A program made the translations under genes and the position numbers. A DNA stretch of 62,722 bases, the filler included, from Choristocarpus tenellus KU-1152 (taxonomy: Eukaryota; Protista; Phaeophyceae), in NCBI GenBank assembly GCA_964200185.2. It is 11 parts of 11 records of this genome, joined end to end, with 100 filler letters (N's around TTAATTAATTAA, not from the genome) between each part and the next. Parts side by side here need not be neighbours in the genome. Positions count along the whole stretch, not along the records: positions 36,750 to 47,599 come from CAXNAD020002669.1; positions 47,700 to 50,468 come from CAXNAD020024906.1; positions 50,569 to 54,463 come from CAXNAD020017294.1; 8 more parts are not named here. The stretch is one strand, 5' to 3'. This document shows, one piece after another, positions 39,560 through 53,570 of this stretch. The notes beneath the pieces are model-generated. The model had not been told where the DNA came from. It worked only from the letters and a program-made list of their open reading frames with translations, and made no database searches. Position 1 is the stretch's first letter, and every line of letters begins with the position of its first letter.

Positions 39560-42500
39560 TCAGGTGTGAAACCGGGCCCTCTTTGGTGCTGCACCTCCCA
39601 ACCTAGGTGTACTAAGAGGAGGGGCCGGGCGCCGAACACCTGTGATAGGTGCCCGCATGACAGAGCTCAGAGTGGGCCGCTGGAGATCCCCAGTGCTTGT
39701 GGCTCTCTTGCTCCTTCGAACACTACCTCCACCATCACCCCGGATGCCTGTAGATGGAGATCGCTGAGAAACACGGGTGGAAGGAGGTCCTCCAAGGCTC
39801 AGCTGACGTGTCGCTTTGCCAAGCTCCACCTGGCTCACCTGCAGTTCCACATTCAGAGACTGTGAGGTCCACTTAAAGAGATGGAGGGTAGGGGATCTCA
39901 CGATTTTTGTCTGTCAGGACCATTTTATTCCCCAAAATATCGTAATACAACCATGTTGACAAAGTAGTGCTACTACAACAGAAAATAGAAAAAAAAATGA
40001 ACATCATAGATAGAACAGGTTTAAGAGGACCAGCCAAAAAAAACTTCAGGAGAAGATAAACAGACAACAAGAACCTGGTTGGTGCCAGGGCCTTCTTCAG
40101 TGAGATAATAGCACAGCCAACCAGCATAGTCAGAAGCACATAGCCCCAGAGCAAGAACAACAGGATAAAGACTAAATAAAAATGTGCGCAGGGTCGTTTC
40201 CAATCCAAGCATGGACACACTAACTCTCCACATAACAACACCAGTGCCAGTAGCAACAGAGTTGACTAACCTGTGAGGCAAACCTAAGGCTGCAGATGGA
40301 CTCATTTGCAGATGCCGTTGTTGGCGACAGGTTCACAAACATGAGGGACTTCCCCTCCCCCGACAGGCAATCCTGAGCACACAAGGGGAATCAGGGGTGA
40401 GGGGACAACAAGAGAGAGTACTTATGTCCTCAATGGACAGGGCCAGTGACTGACAGGATCCCAGACGTACAGCTTCAGCAAAAACATATGGGAGTCTTGA
40501 CTGTATGTCATCTGTCGGCACACAGAAACATGTCACACTTACCAAGTGTTAGGGATGCCATAGTTATATCTAGATTCCCTTTTAGCAACTACTCCCCTCC
40601 CCACCCCCATGAGACATATTGTACCTGCAGGAGATACGTAAGCTTGGAGTTCCTGAAGGGTACATGTGCAGCCTTGGACCCCAGAGCAGTGAACACGTCG
40701 GCCAGGCAGCTCAGAGACTTATTGATGCTCTGCGTCTCTCTTAGTCGTTGTGCATCCTCCCCTACCATAGAACGGTCAAGGCGCTCACTTCCAGCCAGGT
40801 CAACCAAGTTGAGCACACCCTGTTCATGTTCATAGATGTGTGTGTCTTGTAGTAAGATAAAGTGGTAACATTGAAAGACAAGATGACAAGAGAGATTCAT
40901 ATGCACAGAGGGAAGATTCACAGCGGAAGCAAAAAAGATTCAGAAAGTGAGGGGAACACAGGCTCGCTTTCCTTACAGGTCTCCATTATATCTCCCCGCT
41001 GGTTGTCCTTGCAAACCAGGGCAACAGTCATCTTTTCTGGTAGAGCAGCAGAGCCTCAGCAATTGTTGTAAGTGCCTATCCAACTGACTGAGTGGTGCTT
41101 ACCTAAGCTAAATTCATCTAGAGGGGAAGAAATATATTCACATTGCAACCTTGCGTCACAGAAAGTAAATACTTCCATCCGGAATGTTAAGGTCTACATA
41201 CACAAAAAAGTAATATCGCACAGTCCCCAGTAGAACCCTAACCCTAACTCAATACTTGACAAATCCCTAGAGACTGAACACGTATACTGCTGGATATTTA
41301 TTCACTCAGTACAGGTAAGTTTGCCACACTAACATCAAGTAGAGACCTTTCAGCAACCAAAAAAGGACAAAACAAAACAAAAAAAAGGTGGTGATCCTAC
41401 TCCTCAGGACTCTTCATCGGCTAAGAAAACAGCCGCCACGTGCACACACAAAAAAAGGAAAAAAGCAGGTATATGCATGATGGCAACCTCAAAGTGATCC
41501 TTTAACCCCCTCTATAGTATGATTACAAACTCAAGTAGACTGTTTGATCGTCCTCTCTTGGTCATGCTACAACACTTGCCTTCAGTGTGGTGCCCGTGGC
41601 CTGGTCAGTGCCCTCGAGCCAGAGCGTGAAGATGCTATGGCTACGGGATGACTGTGCATTCATCGCGGTTGAAGCCACACTGCGTGCTTGTTGAGCAGCA
41701 TTCATAACACCCTGCACCTCAGCAAGTCCCTTTTTCCGGTCCTCTATAGAGGCATCAAGGAGAGAAACACCCAATTCGTGATTGCAAGGTAAAGGAGTTG
41801 AGGCATCACCTAACATCAAGAGTTATCTAGCTAATGACATCAAATCATTATCTTGCAGCAATATTAAACAGAGGTATCGCGACAGAATAGAATCTCCACC
41901 CATTAATTACACATGATCTTTGAACTCATCTGGAAGGTCTACAACAGTATTCTAGACTATGGTGGTACTTGTACTAGTACATGACAGTTTCATACTACAT
42001 TGAGCATCGCTCTGTTAATCAGTAAGGGCTAGGGTTAGGGTTGCTACAATAGTGTGCATTAGTATCCATACTATCAAAGACCTCTTGTGCTTTTCACACC
42101 TCTTCCAGTTATCAGACCATTTTTTTTGTCATTATTGTTACAAATGTACTAATTGATCTTGTCTGGCAATTTAGGGTCGAGGTCAAGGTCGGGGTTAGGG
42201 TTAGCCACAACTAGTACAGCCCCATAAAGTGGCCAATACAACAGATTATTGAAACTACACACCTGTGTCGATGACTATCTTGGTCAAGCCAACCACCTCT
42301 ACACCACCTCCTGAAGACTGCCGGATGGACAACTTTGTGGTGTGCCCCTGCCTAGACCTGAAGGTATAACAGTCATCAAATGAAGAGCACATGCAAGGTA
42401 CAGTACATTATATGTATAGCGGATTTAAAGTTCAGTATACACATTGAAGGCAAGGTGCAATAATGGCAGAGTACCTTTGAGGTATTGCACACCTAAAGGT

Positions 42501-45500
42501 ACAGGATATTAATAAAATGTATAGTGCACTATTTGGACACAAAGCAATCAGAAGAACACATCACTCCTTTTCCTAGCATCAAAAATAAAATCATGGCACT
42601 TGAAAAAGGTGACTACAGATTATGAAGAGAGGTTTAAGGGAGAGGGGAATGTGGATATAACCTCCCTTGATGGCATGGTAACAAAACCTGAGCCCAAAAA
42701 TCCTTCTCCCTTTTCTCAGTCCAAGCTGGTCCTATAGGAGAAATAATATCATCTCCACTGCACATGCCTAGTGCTTCCTATGTGCATGAGAAAGGTGGGA
42801 GAACAGACTTGTTCATCTCCTCAAATGGGGATAACTGCATAGTATAGAGGCAAGGAAGTTGTCAGAGGGTATAAAACCTAATGATGGTTCATGCCATCAG
42901 TCCAGCGGTATGTTCTGATATGGTACAGAGCCTAACCCTGTGTACACAAACATCTTGTCCACATTAAGCACTGTACATTCAATGTTAAATAACCAACATA
43001 AGAAAACGTCCTCAACAGTAATACAAAACCTTTGACTCTCCTCTCCAGCCTTCCAAGTACTGGACACACACCCCTTGCCTACAAGAGGAGAGGACACACA
43101 TTTCATACCTTGTAATTGGCCCCTCATGGCGGAAGGAGGAATGCTGTCGTGCCCCATCACGTGGAGTAGAATCATCGCCCCTTCCACCACCAAGCAAGTC
43201 CCGGACCTCCTCATTGTAGATCTCCATAAAGGACACCCGGACACTGTACTTCCACTGACTGGTCTGGTTGGGCAAAAATCACCACACACCCAGTGCAAAA
43301 GGTCTCAAAAGAGGATCGTGGAAAAAAGGTGTATCATACAAACGCCTTCTACTGGAGTCAGACTCAACACGTTTCAAAAATAAAACAACAAAAAGTAGCA
43401 CAGACAGCAAGCAATATGCAAGACTAAACAATAACGTAATAGGCGTGTTGTTTGTCAACAGAGGAAATTAAACAGCACTACTCGGGACCTCAATAGATAG
43501 TGGGGGAGGGAGGCTAGGCGGCATGAGTCTGGAGGGCTGGCCAGGGGCAACAAAGAATGACTAAACCAAAGATAGCTAACCTTCTAGCTCTCTATAAAAC
43601 CCCCATGACATACTCTAGACATCACTAACAAGAAACATCTGCAACACTGCAGGCAGTTAGTTGTAAGTGGTACTTGGGGTCATCACCTGCAGTTCAGCCA
43701 CCTTTGTGAGGATGTGCTCCACGGAACGAGGGATGACTCCCCTCATCTCCCCTGATCCCGAACCGGTCATGGTGTGGGTTTTCCCAGAACCTGTCTGGCC
43801 ATAGCTGAAGAGACACACCTGTTGCAGTCATCGGTCCATAGAGGCAGGGCAGGAGACGGGGGGGGGGGGATGGTTTGGTGTTCCGCCCATGGAAAAAATG
43901 ACAAAATCTATGACAAAATCTGTGACAAAGGAAGGAATTGAACATAGTGTGGGTGTTGCTCACTTCACAACACCCACCTTACTTTCCAACTCCCAGCATC
44001 ACAACGTCCAGCTAGTTACCTGCACCACATCCGTGGGAAACAGGATGCCCACAAGCTGTTGTCAGGCGAGCCGTAGAAAGGAACGCCATAGCACATGCTC
44101 AAGAACTAGACTACCCCACCAGGGGAATATGAGCAATTAAAAAGACAGGGGTGAATGAGATCTACACCACCAAACCTTGACACACTGGAACACCACTTTG
44201 TAACCTTGGTGCATGTATGCTGTACCTGTACCTGTACCTGCCTGGTACATCAGCAAAAGCCACAATGGTCCAAAAACATAGCTCTTCTACGGTACTTGTA
44301 GTGATGTCACACAACAGAGGGTACATTATTAGCTACAAATATCATTATTGCTCTCAAGAATAATTACTCTCAGTATTATTCTTACTGATTTTGACATATC
44401 ATCAATATTCTCATCAGTACAATTAACAGTACACTGTCTGGGCCAAACCGTTTCCGTACCTTGAAGCCATCAAGGGCTGACTGCACAAAGTCTGAAACCT
44501 CCTTGAATACATCCTCCTGACTTGCATGCCCACCAAAGACATGGTCAAATGCCTTTGATATACTCCTGGGAAATATCGGAAGGGATCAGCGGGGGTGGGG
44601 GGGAGGCGGGGATGAGGAAAGATGTTGGGCGCAGGGCAGATGCAAACCATGCAAGGAAGTGTGTATTTGAGGTGTTAATTGTCAACAAAGGTAGGGTAGA
44701 GAGCCTTGATAAGGTACACACCCTACTACATATAGCTACTATAACAGAAAGCTGTACACTCCATTGTAGAGATAAGACCCACACGGAAACGACCACTGCA
44801 GAGCAACCCCACCCAGAGATCACAACTGTGACCATTTAACAGAAGGGCCTAAGGAATGATTCACCATGGTTATCTCCTGAAGAATGGAGAACGGTCAAGG
44901 TCCTACAGCTCCAAGAGCAACCGCGAACAAGATCCCAAAGTCATCACTCGGGCATCAACAGCAGAGGAAATCAAACTATCTAACAGAAGGCACTCTCACC
45001 TGCCACCTGCCACTGTTGGCACTACCGAAACACTACAGCCATCAGCTCCACAGCGCACCACAGAGCTTGTCTGGATTCAACACCATACCCAGTTGTAAGT
45101 GCCGGCAGGTTAGGGAGGAGGGGGAGGGGAAGGGGGAGGGGGTAATGGGCAAATGAATATCTGAGCTGGCAAGGTTTGCATGGGGAGGGGGATGAAGAGG
45201 CGACTAAGAGAAATATAGAGGAGGTGCAGAAAGGAACAAAAAAAAAGTGAAGCTGTAAACAAAAAAACTGTAAGGGAACAGAAGAACAATTCTTTTGCTT
45301 TGCAGGTAGGCAGTGCAAGCAACGCACAAGTCAAGAAAAGAGTAAAAACAGTTCGCATTGCCCACATCACTGCTTGTGCTCCCAAGCAAACAAGGTTTCT
45401 TCATGTTGAAAAAGAAATGCCTCCAGCAATACAGTCATATGCCACCCCTTCCCCCCACCCTCCACACAAAACCTCATGAAAATAACCTCGCAAAAACCAC

Positions 45501-47471
45501 GCCTCCCCTTCCCCTCTCCCCCTCCTCTCTAGTAATTATACCTACCACTAAAAACACTCAGCGAATACAACACCCCAATACTGTCCCCTAATCCTACCCC
45601 CACCACACCCTTGTAGCTTCCCCTCACCTCCCCAGTACCACCCTCCCCATCCCCCGGCAAGAATGGCCTGGCTCGAACAAACACCCTCACACTTCCCCTC
45701 AAGTCCTGAATCTTCTCATGCATACGTCTTCGGATTGCCTCGCCCTCCGCCACAAGGGCTCTCTGGGCAGCTGCATCGGCCATGTGCATCTCCACCTCTG
45801 CCCTGAGGCTCGCCAGCTCTTCGAGCCGGATTCGCTGCGCCTCTGCGGAAACCCCTGCTCCTCCTCCAGTAGTGAAAGGTTGCATGGTGGTGGGTACAAG
45901 GTTAATGACAAGTAGGGTGAGAGGGTTGGTATAAATGATGCCAATGGAGGTATGAAGGAGGTGAGGAGGACAAGAGCTTTATGGGGACCTTTGAATATGA
46001 AATTATGGATTGGTATTAGGATAATCAAGGAAGTGGAATGGATGGAGTTCGACAAGAACCTTGCAAAGTGAAAATTACAGGCTGATATGGGGATGATTCA
46101 AAGACTTGGAGCGGCAGGAAGGGGAGAACTTGGTGGCTGTTGAATGAGTCACATAGATGAGCACATGCTGGTGTAATGATTGGCATGGTTGAAGGTGCTA
46201 GTACTTATCAGTACTAAAAAGGCAGTTAAGGGCATTCGCTGCACCTGGTTCCGTCAATTCACTATTTGACTGATCCAATCGATCCAACAGACCATCAGCA
46301 TCCCTCTCTTCAGCCTGCTGACAGATAGCAGTTCGCAGCCTACAGACAGTGCATCAGACCAAATACGGTAGAAGGGTGAATGGACAAACAGGGGAGGGGG
46401 GCGGTCGGGGGCTGGAACATGGAGCCTTGCTTCTTGTGTAGTGAGGTAAGGTGTGTCTACAAATTCCAAACTCTAACCCTAACCCTTACTATCTCTAACT
46501 GTACCCACACCTATCTTTTGAAGCAAGGATTCAAAACAGACAAATCTTGATATACCGTTTATCTCCCAGGTCTAAAAACACCAAGCATTCAAACGAAAAC
46601 AGTTACAAATCTACCAAAAAAAATAACACTTCTTCTGACGTTCTTCTCTCAAAAAGAGAATCAAGATTCAAGCAGTCAAAGGACGACAAAATACTTCAAC
46701 AATACCCCTCCGGCCCCCCGCCCCCCCCACCCCCCTTCCAATCCACGACATGAGAATATGTAGTCGCAAAACAGGCAAGAGTGTCTTTCTTGTTCCAAAG
46801 TCAAGGAAGAAGGGCATCTGAGAAATGTCACACTAATAATAGTCCAAAAAAAACAGCATCAGAATAGCACCTTCAAGCCGCTGATGACCTATATGCTACA
46901 CACACACCTGTTGACATTTTCTCGAAGCATATCTATCTCGGCACACGCCTTCCTCTCTTGCTCCTCAATCTGTTCCCGTGCGCTACAAAAAAAAATGTAG
47001 CACGAACTTGTCAAGACAACTATACAAATAAATCGTTTGCGGGGTTACAGTCAGAAACACATGCAGAGCAATATCATCATTTTACCCACCACATGCACAG
47101 GAGAGGGTCATCCACAAGCAAGTACCAATCACACTCGATGCTCCTCATCATCTTCCTCTGATGCATACCCTACACCCTTCTAACACAAGATAAGTCGTTG
47201 TTATTGCACCTTGTATCCCATAACCCTAACCCTCACGATCCAATTCATTCAACCTATCTAACAACCTCCCCCCCCCCCCCCCCAGTAATAATCACAACAA
47301 TCCTACTTTTTGTCCCAACAATAAAATTACATACCTGGCCTTCTGCTCAGCAAGCTCAGTGCGTACTGCTACAAGCTGTGCAGCAGTGGCAACAAACTCT
47401 CTCCTCACAACTTCCAACTGTGCCTCTGAGAACCTAAGACCCTCCTCCGCCTTGAGCACTCGTGAGGACAC
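39560..47471 (-). CDS. Kinesin-14 (C-terminal motor, KIFC1/Ncd/Kar3-like), 5' truncated; exons 47471-47335, 46982-46908, 46339-46245, 45854-45628, 45070-45000, 44565-44460, 43818-43687, 43263-43109, 42357-42263, 41743-41580, 40819-40625, 40372-40271, 39838-39560
   Basis: Coiled coil, kinesin-14 neck [24 protein letters not shown]-loop [15 protein letters not shown], switch I NAQSSRSH, switch [23 protein letters not shown] and SLRFA. All exon phases join without a frameshift. Confidence 0.95.
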
Positions 47472-47759
47472 CTTGAGGACATGTGAAAAAAAAAGGGCAG
47501 TGGAGTGCGTAGAAAGAGGTGTGCATCCATGAATTGGGAGGATTGGAAGGTGGGAAATGGGGAGGAGGCAAGGTGCAGGGGGTGGGGGGGGGTGACAACN
47601 NNNNNNNNNNNNNNNNNNNNNNNNNNNNNNNNNNNNNNNNNNNTTAATTAATTAANNNNNNNNNNNNNNNNNNNNNNNNNNNNNNNNNNNNNNNNNNNNC
47701 ACCACCCTCCCTTCTACCCCAAACCCCCCCAAGAGAATTAAGACCACATACCCCCACAT

Positions 47760-48560
47760 TCACGCCTGCCATGGGTGGTTCATACCCCAAGTGTTGCTTC
47801 TGACCTTGACCGGGTCCAGATGGACATCCTGGAGTGAAGAAATATCACCATCGTCCAGAGGATCCCTGGCAAGCTTTGCATTGCCCACATACATGATCGC
47901 CCTCCTACATAGAGTGGACCTCCTGATACTTGAAGTGACTGACCCACAACTAGAGAAAGGCGCCCTCATTAGTGACTGTCAGAGCTTCCAAGGTCCTCCA
48001 TCTCGTCCCTGGCCTTTTACTGACGAAAGATGGAAAGTTATAGAGGGAGGAAATGTTCACCTGTTTAGCATCAGTCAACACCATGCAGGTATCTCCAAGG
48101 GGACGAGCGGTATCTTAGCACAGCCAAGAGTTCTGGTTACAAACGAGAGATTCAGGTTGGTACTGGTTCCCATGCACCCCAATAAGAACCAGTACAATGA
48201 GCTAAGGCGAGCTGTAAAGGGAGCAAAAGACGGAGTAGCATTGGACGCCAATGTCTGGGGAACAACGATACTGTTCCTCTGAGGGGGAGTATACCCCCAC
48301 CTCCCTCAGGGAACTTTCATGTGAGCGAATAGCAACTCTGCATCAGGTACTTACGGGATGCACATGCCATATCTGATAGATTACTATGACATATTTTGAC
48401 CATAAAGAGGTAGCAAAGGTGTTTGCCAAACCATGGGGGCTTGCCTACATCTCGCAGGACTCTTTACCTCCTGCGTTTTAGAAACTTCACAACACTTCCA
48501 AACTGTCTGCAATTGGGGAGAAATGCCGCCAAGTCGCCTATACCTCTTCAGATCCTTTTT
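47760..48560 (-). mobile_element. Ty1/copia RT-RNase H remnant (highly decayed)
   Basis: The fragments RDVGKPPWFG, RYGM..PVST.M, NLSFVTRTL, LAVLRY and RRST occur in the expected copia order. Confidence 0.4.
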
Positions 48561-49399
48561 AAGACCACATCTGACCTGTGATCCTCGTCACTCTTTACTA
48601 TTGTTCAAATGTCAAAGGTTTATCTTGTTCTCTCCATTACGGTTCATCCTGGTCCATCTGGTCCTTCATATCTGGTGATTCTCTGTGCCACATAAGCCTA
48701 AAGTGAATTACGCGACCTTGAAGTCTTCCTGTTTACATTTAGGCATTTTTAGAAAGCGCGTTTATTCCCAAAACTATTTCTGACAAGTTGGTGATCCACA
48801 TACACATTTTTTGATCCGAAGGACCTTACCCGTCTCAACCAGGACTGGTTAAAGTGTCATTTTATCCATTAGGACCATCAGAGAATTGAACCAGATCAGA
48901 CAGGAGACTATTCCTTGGTAAAGATGTTTTATCAAGACTGGTCCAGGATCACCATAGATTCAACCACACCAGACCACGGATTGGGTGGTCCCTGTGAAAT
49001 ATGTAAATGATAGGAACGATCTAGGATTCCAATTCAAAGATATGTCTTGATACCTCCTATGACGTTTTGGGCACTGTATTAGGCAGAAATGGAGCTGACG
49101 TATTGTATTGCATGTCGTACCATCATTATCAGGTTTATTTTTACTGTTATTGTACTGCTGTCCCCACTTCAGTGCAACCACGTGCGGTCAGAGGCACCTT
49201 ACCTACACTGCACTGCTTCCCATAACTATTACTATTAATACTGCCTCCACGTCTCTTACACGTTTGGTGCAACCATCGTACTTTGCACCACTTCAAGTAC
49301 CTCGAACCTTGTGTTGGACCCGCCTAAGAGCTTGTCCACAATGAAACCTTGCCACATCATTTTGGGATCAACGTCTTTGTGGTACAAAGCAACAGATAG

Positions 49400-49560
49400 G
49401 ATCGTACATGTTCAGACCAGGCATATAGTGCTTGCCACATGGACTTCATTTCATCTCATTGAAAAACAGATTTTCATGAGATGAGTTTAGAAAGATCGAT
49501 GGGATTTGAACCTGTGAAACCACTGCAGAGTACAGCCCCCTCAACCACTGACCCACAATG
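49400..49560 (-). mobile_element. tRNA-derived SINE head / tRNA pseudogene
   Basis: Minus strand TGGGTCAGTGG (A box) ... GGTTCAAATCCC (B box) with tRNA-like spacing; no intact cloverleaf is evident. Confidence 0.5.
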
Positions 49561-51220
49561 TCCTAAGCTCAAGCGTTGTAGCAACAAAAAACGGACAAGG
49601 ATGCATTAACCCCCAAGGTTCATGCTAGCAACAGCTGTTAGTTAAAGAGCGAAACGTCCAAACGTCCAATAATAGGGTAAATGCTATTAAGGAGTGCCAA
49701 CATTTTCAAGGTGTTCATGTTACAGCCAGAAGTCCGCAAAACAAGTTTTGTAGCCAAGAGAAACAATAACATGAGAACGGTCATCGCACCTACGTCTAAC
49801 AACTTGAGGACACTTGTTCAACATACTCCATCCATTCATCATACTCTGTACGTGGCTGGCCTTTGTGCAACAAAGGACGTTCTGGCGCCACATTTCAATC
49901 AACTTTTCAACATACAATATTTCCATAAAATATTGGATGCATGGATGTACACTTGGAGCTCCACCCTTGATACAGCTAACTCTATCAAAAACTTACTCTG
50001 AAACGTAATGCCAACTATGATGCTCCACGGAATTTATGTTGTTACACAATTGATGTTGAATATTCCAAAAGAAACAAGCAGTACTACACATTCTCCCACC
50101 GCCAGGACTATTCACTCATGCTGCATAATATTAAATTATTAACAGTACTAAGATGTCACATAAATACCAAAAAATCAGAGGGCCACTGACTTGTTTGCTT
50201 CTCATGGGCCTCCTCTCACTCTTGGTGCATCATTCATGAATAAGGACTCATAAAAGGCATCACAAAGGATCCAAAAAATTCATACATTCACCTCTTTTAG
50301 TACTATACAACAACTCAGCCATCTATCCAAATCCACGTATGCTCATCGCCATACCGTGAGTGAACTCCACTGAACCCAACACCTCAACAGGAGGTAAATA
50401 TCAAGCAATGGCAATGAGTAAGAATAAGAAAAAAAAGTTAGGCAATGAAAAAGGACAGGAGGGGGGGGNNNNNNNNNNNNNNNNNNNNNNNNNNNNNNNN
50501 NNNNNNNNNNNNTTAATTAATTAANNNNNNNNNNNNNNNNNNNNNNNNNNNNNNNNNNNNNNNNNNNNCCCTCACAAACCACCCCCCCCCTCCAGATACA
50601 AAAGCAGATCTGCTTTTTCTAGCAAACACACACAAACGTAAATTAATTTTTTCGATGATAAATTTCTATACATATAATTTCAAACTACACCATGTAATAT
50701 ACCAGTAGTCGTAAGGAAAATATTTGATCAAGAAGCAGGTTCTAAACGTCTATAAGTAAGTCGACACAATATCCTAAGGTTAGGCAGCACACGTTTACCT
50801 AAAAGGAACGACATAAACGTAACACCCAATGTAATTAAATGCAAAATGAACCCTGCCTCAACAACACACGTCCGACGTCTATTATGATAGGACAGGATGT
50901 CTATTTCTGCAAGGGGACATTGGGCAATGTGACCAAAAACGTTTTGTTGGAAGATTTTCCTCTTCGGCCTCAAATTACCTGTGCGGATAGTGTGGCATAA
51001 AACGATGCTAGATATTCCCTACAGTGTGGGATGGGTTTTAATGTGATGACAACGATATGGTGCATACGTACTTCACCAACATTATCAGTTGCATTGTTTT
51101 GTGCAAGGACTTATTACTTCTTATTTTGGTCTATGAATCAGAAGGATGAAGCACACTCTAGGCCTGTGAAAGAACCGGGTGGAATGTGCAACTTCATCTT
51201 CAATTTCAATTACGGGTGTG

Positions 51221-52330
51221 CTCCCTCCGTGCCATAAGTCTATGCTGCGTTGTCCATAACTTTGAAGATGTTGAAATTCATTTATGAAAGAAGGTTTGGA
51301 ATCCTTCACGAATTTCTGGTTAGGGTCAGCTCTTTTTATTATTATTACTCCCCATCCTTCACAATTTTATCAACCACAGAAAAAGTCTCCATGTCTTCAA
51401 GCTCACGAGACAACTACCTCTTCCTTACCCCTGTGTGCTGCACACTGAACTCATTCCCCCCTTTGTATCTAAGTACTCGATTGTACACCACAAAATGGAG
51501 CTGCCAAGCCTCTCAAGTGCGGTTTCATCATACTCCTCATACTGTTTCTTATTGACCTTCACCATCTCCTCAACGGACCTAAACCACTCCCCCACCACCT
51601 GGCATTTCAAAGACCTGAACAAGCACAGGTCCATGACATTGAAGTCGGAGTGTTAGATGGCTACGCCACAAGCCTAATGAACCACTCCTCAGTTTTCCCT
51701 GCCCCTGAAAAGATTTCTGAGTTGCCCTTTGCCTATGTGGGGGATGGCACCGTCTTGCTGGACAACAACATGCTCCCCCTGCAACCAAGGCATCTTGATG
51801 TTGATTGCGGGCAGTAACTCCTCCGTGTATCACTTCCTGTACCACAAATTGTCTAAAGTGCTGTCCTGCTGATACACATCCCCCTTTTTAAGGTTCTTGC
51901 TTGTCCTATCTGCCGTTTTTGGCGCACACACACTCCAAACACCAAGCTTTCCATTGAAGCAGTCAAATCTGGGTGGGCGTTGACTGCAGTGATCATGGGT
52001 TTGGGGACATGACTCTTGTGCTGCACGGTAGGGGACCCTGGAAGGTCGCTATCATCCTCATGCAGGAATACCCTAACCCTTTCCCCACCAGCCATCACGT
52101 ATAAAACCAGGTTTCAGTCACATAGATTGTGTTTACCATGGAGACGTACACACCACGTTTCCGGTCCACTTGATTGCAAACAAAGTTAATTTTCCATATA
52201 TTTTGCCACGATTTATGCTTGGGTTTGATCCAGTGGTGATTCAGCATGGTCCCCAAATCATCCAACCACCTGTTTAAGGTGCTCATGCTATAATTCAGCC
52301 CCTTGGCGGCCATCTTCATTGTCACCTGAT
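51221..52330 (-). mobile_element. Second decayed plant-type Tc1/mariner element (one TIR retained)
   Basis: TIR CTCCCTCCGTGCCATAAGTC at 51221. Transposase remnants IKPK, VTETWFY, VQHKSHVPKPMI, QQDGAIPH and DFNVMDLCLFRSLK...EYDETALER. Confidence 0.8.
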
Positions 52331-53570
52331 GTACGGTGAATTACCAATTATCGGAGTTGATACTATCTATTGCGGACTGTGCAACTGCACAAATGCTGCG
52401 ATGGAGTGTGCATATTATGTGCATAGTTCGTGGCTCCAGAGGAGACCTCTGTGTGCAACCAGTTCAACAACTAATCATATGCAATTGGTGTGTACCTAAT
52501 TTAGCTTCGTAAAATGCCAAAACCTGAATCGAATGCATCGTACCTTCTGAGCAAAATGCGAGTCTATGTGCGATGAGGAATCATAGTGCTGCAAAGCACC
52601 GATGTATTTATTCTGTTGTAACTGAGGTCATTGATCGCTCAGTCAAGAATCTTGTAGTGTGAATTCAATTTCTTTCATGAGATTCTCAACGAAAGAAGTC
52701 CATGCTCTGTGGAGAGGCTTGTTACCTTGGTGGACGAGGGTTTCCGTGGATGGTTTAACTCTGAATATATACAATCCAGGTGTGCATCAGGTACACTTAA
52801 TTGCAGCGTGTGCTTGGTGCATTATCAGGGGTCAATGAAAACCAAGGAAGATATAATAATCAACAACTAACGTACAACTGCCATCTTCTGCTGCTAAGAA
52901 GAAGAAAGAGATAGAAAACAAGAAAGGGGAAACAACAGAACAACAGAACAACAGAACAAGCTTGAATCAATATGTGATGCAACTGAAGATACGCATACTA
53001 CTGCTGTGTGTAGGATGCAGAGCTACTGTTTTGTACTACAGTGTGCTGCTGACGGTAATTGATGTGGTGATGATGAACTGGTGACAGTAACGACCAGTGC
53101 ATAACGGACCAACCAACAGTCTATTGACTGGTGGAAGTGTATCGTATCAAGGAAAAAAAAATGAGTAAAGCCTATGTTTTAGCACCCTCCACCAACTGAA
53201 AGAAGTGGAACACTAATGAAGGAGTGTGACGTAGAGGTACATGCAAAAAAATATCAAGACTGTTGAAGGAAAGAGAAGACAGTTCAATAGAGAGGGGAAG
53301 TACAGAAGAGTGAAAGAAATGGGAAGTTGAAGATAAGAGTTAAGATATCTCTAATACTTGGAGGAAGAAAGAAAACTCAAAACATGCAAAGATGTGTGTA
53401 GTGAATACAACATAAAATGATTCTGAATGGCTACAAATATAACACTTGCATAAGAGTCCATTTCCTTTGTGGGGGGAAGAAGTAGAAATCGAAGATCTTG
53501 GAGATGTGTTTGTTTCATGGTGTTGTTCAGAACGTCAACTAGTTGGTGTTGTGGGTTAGAGTGACAGCCA

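Noticed and set aside
40340-40372. Apparent frameshift in the kinesin exon DCLSGEGK
   Set aside because: Recounting the C-run (5 C) shows the frame is intact.
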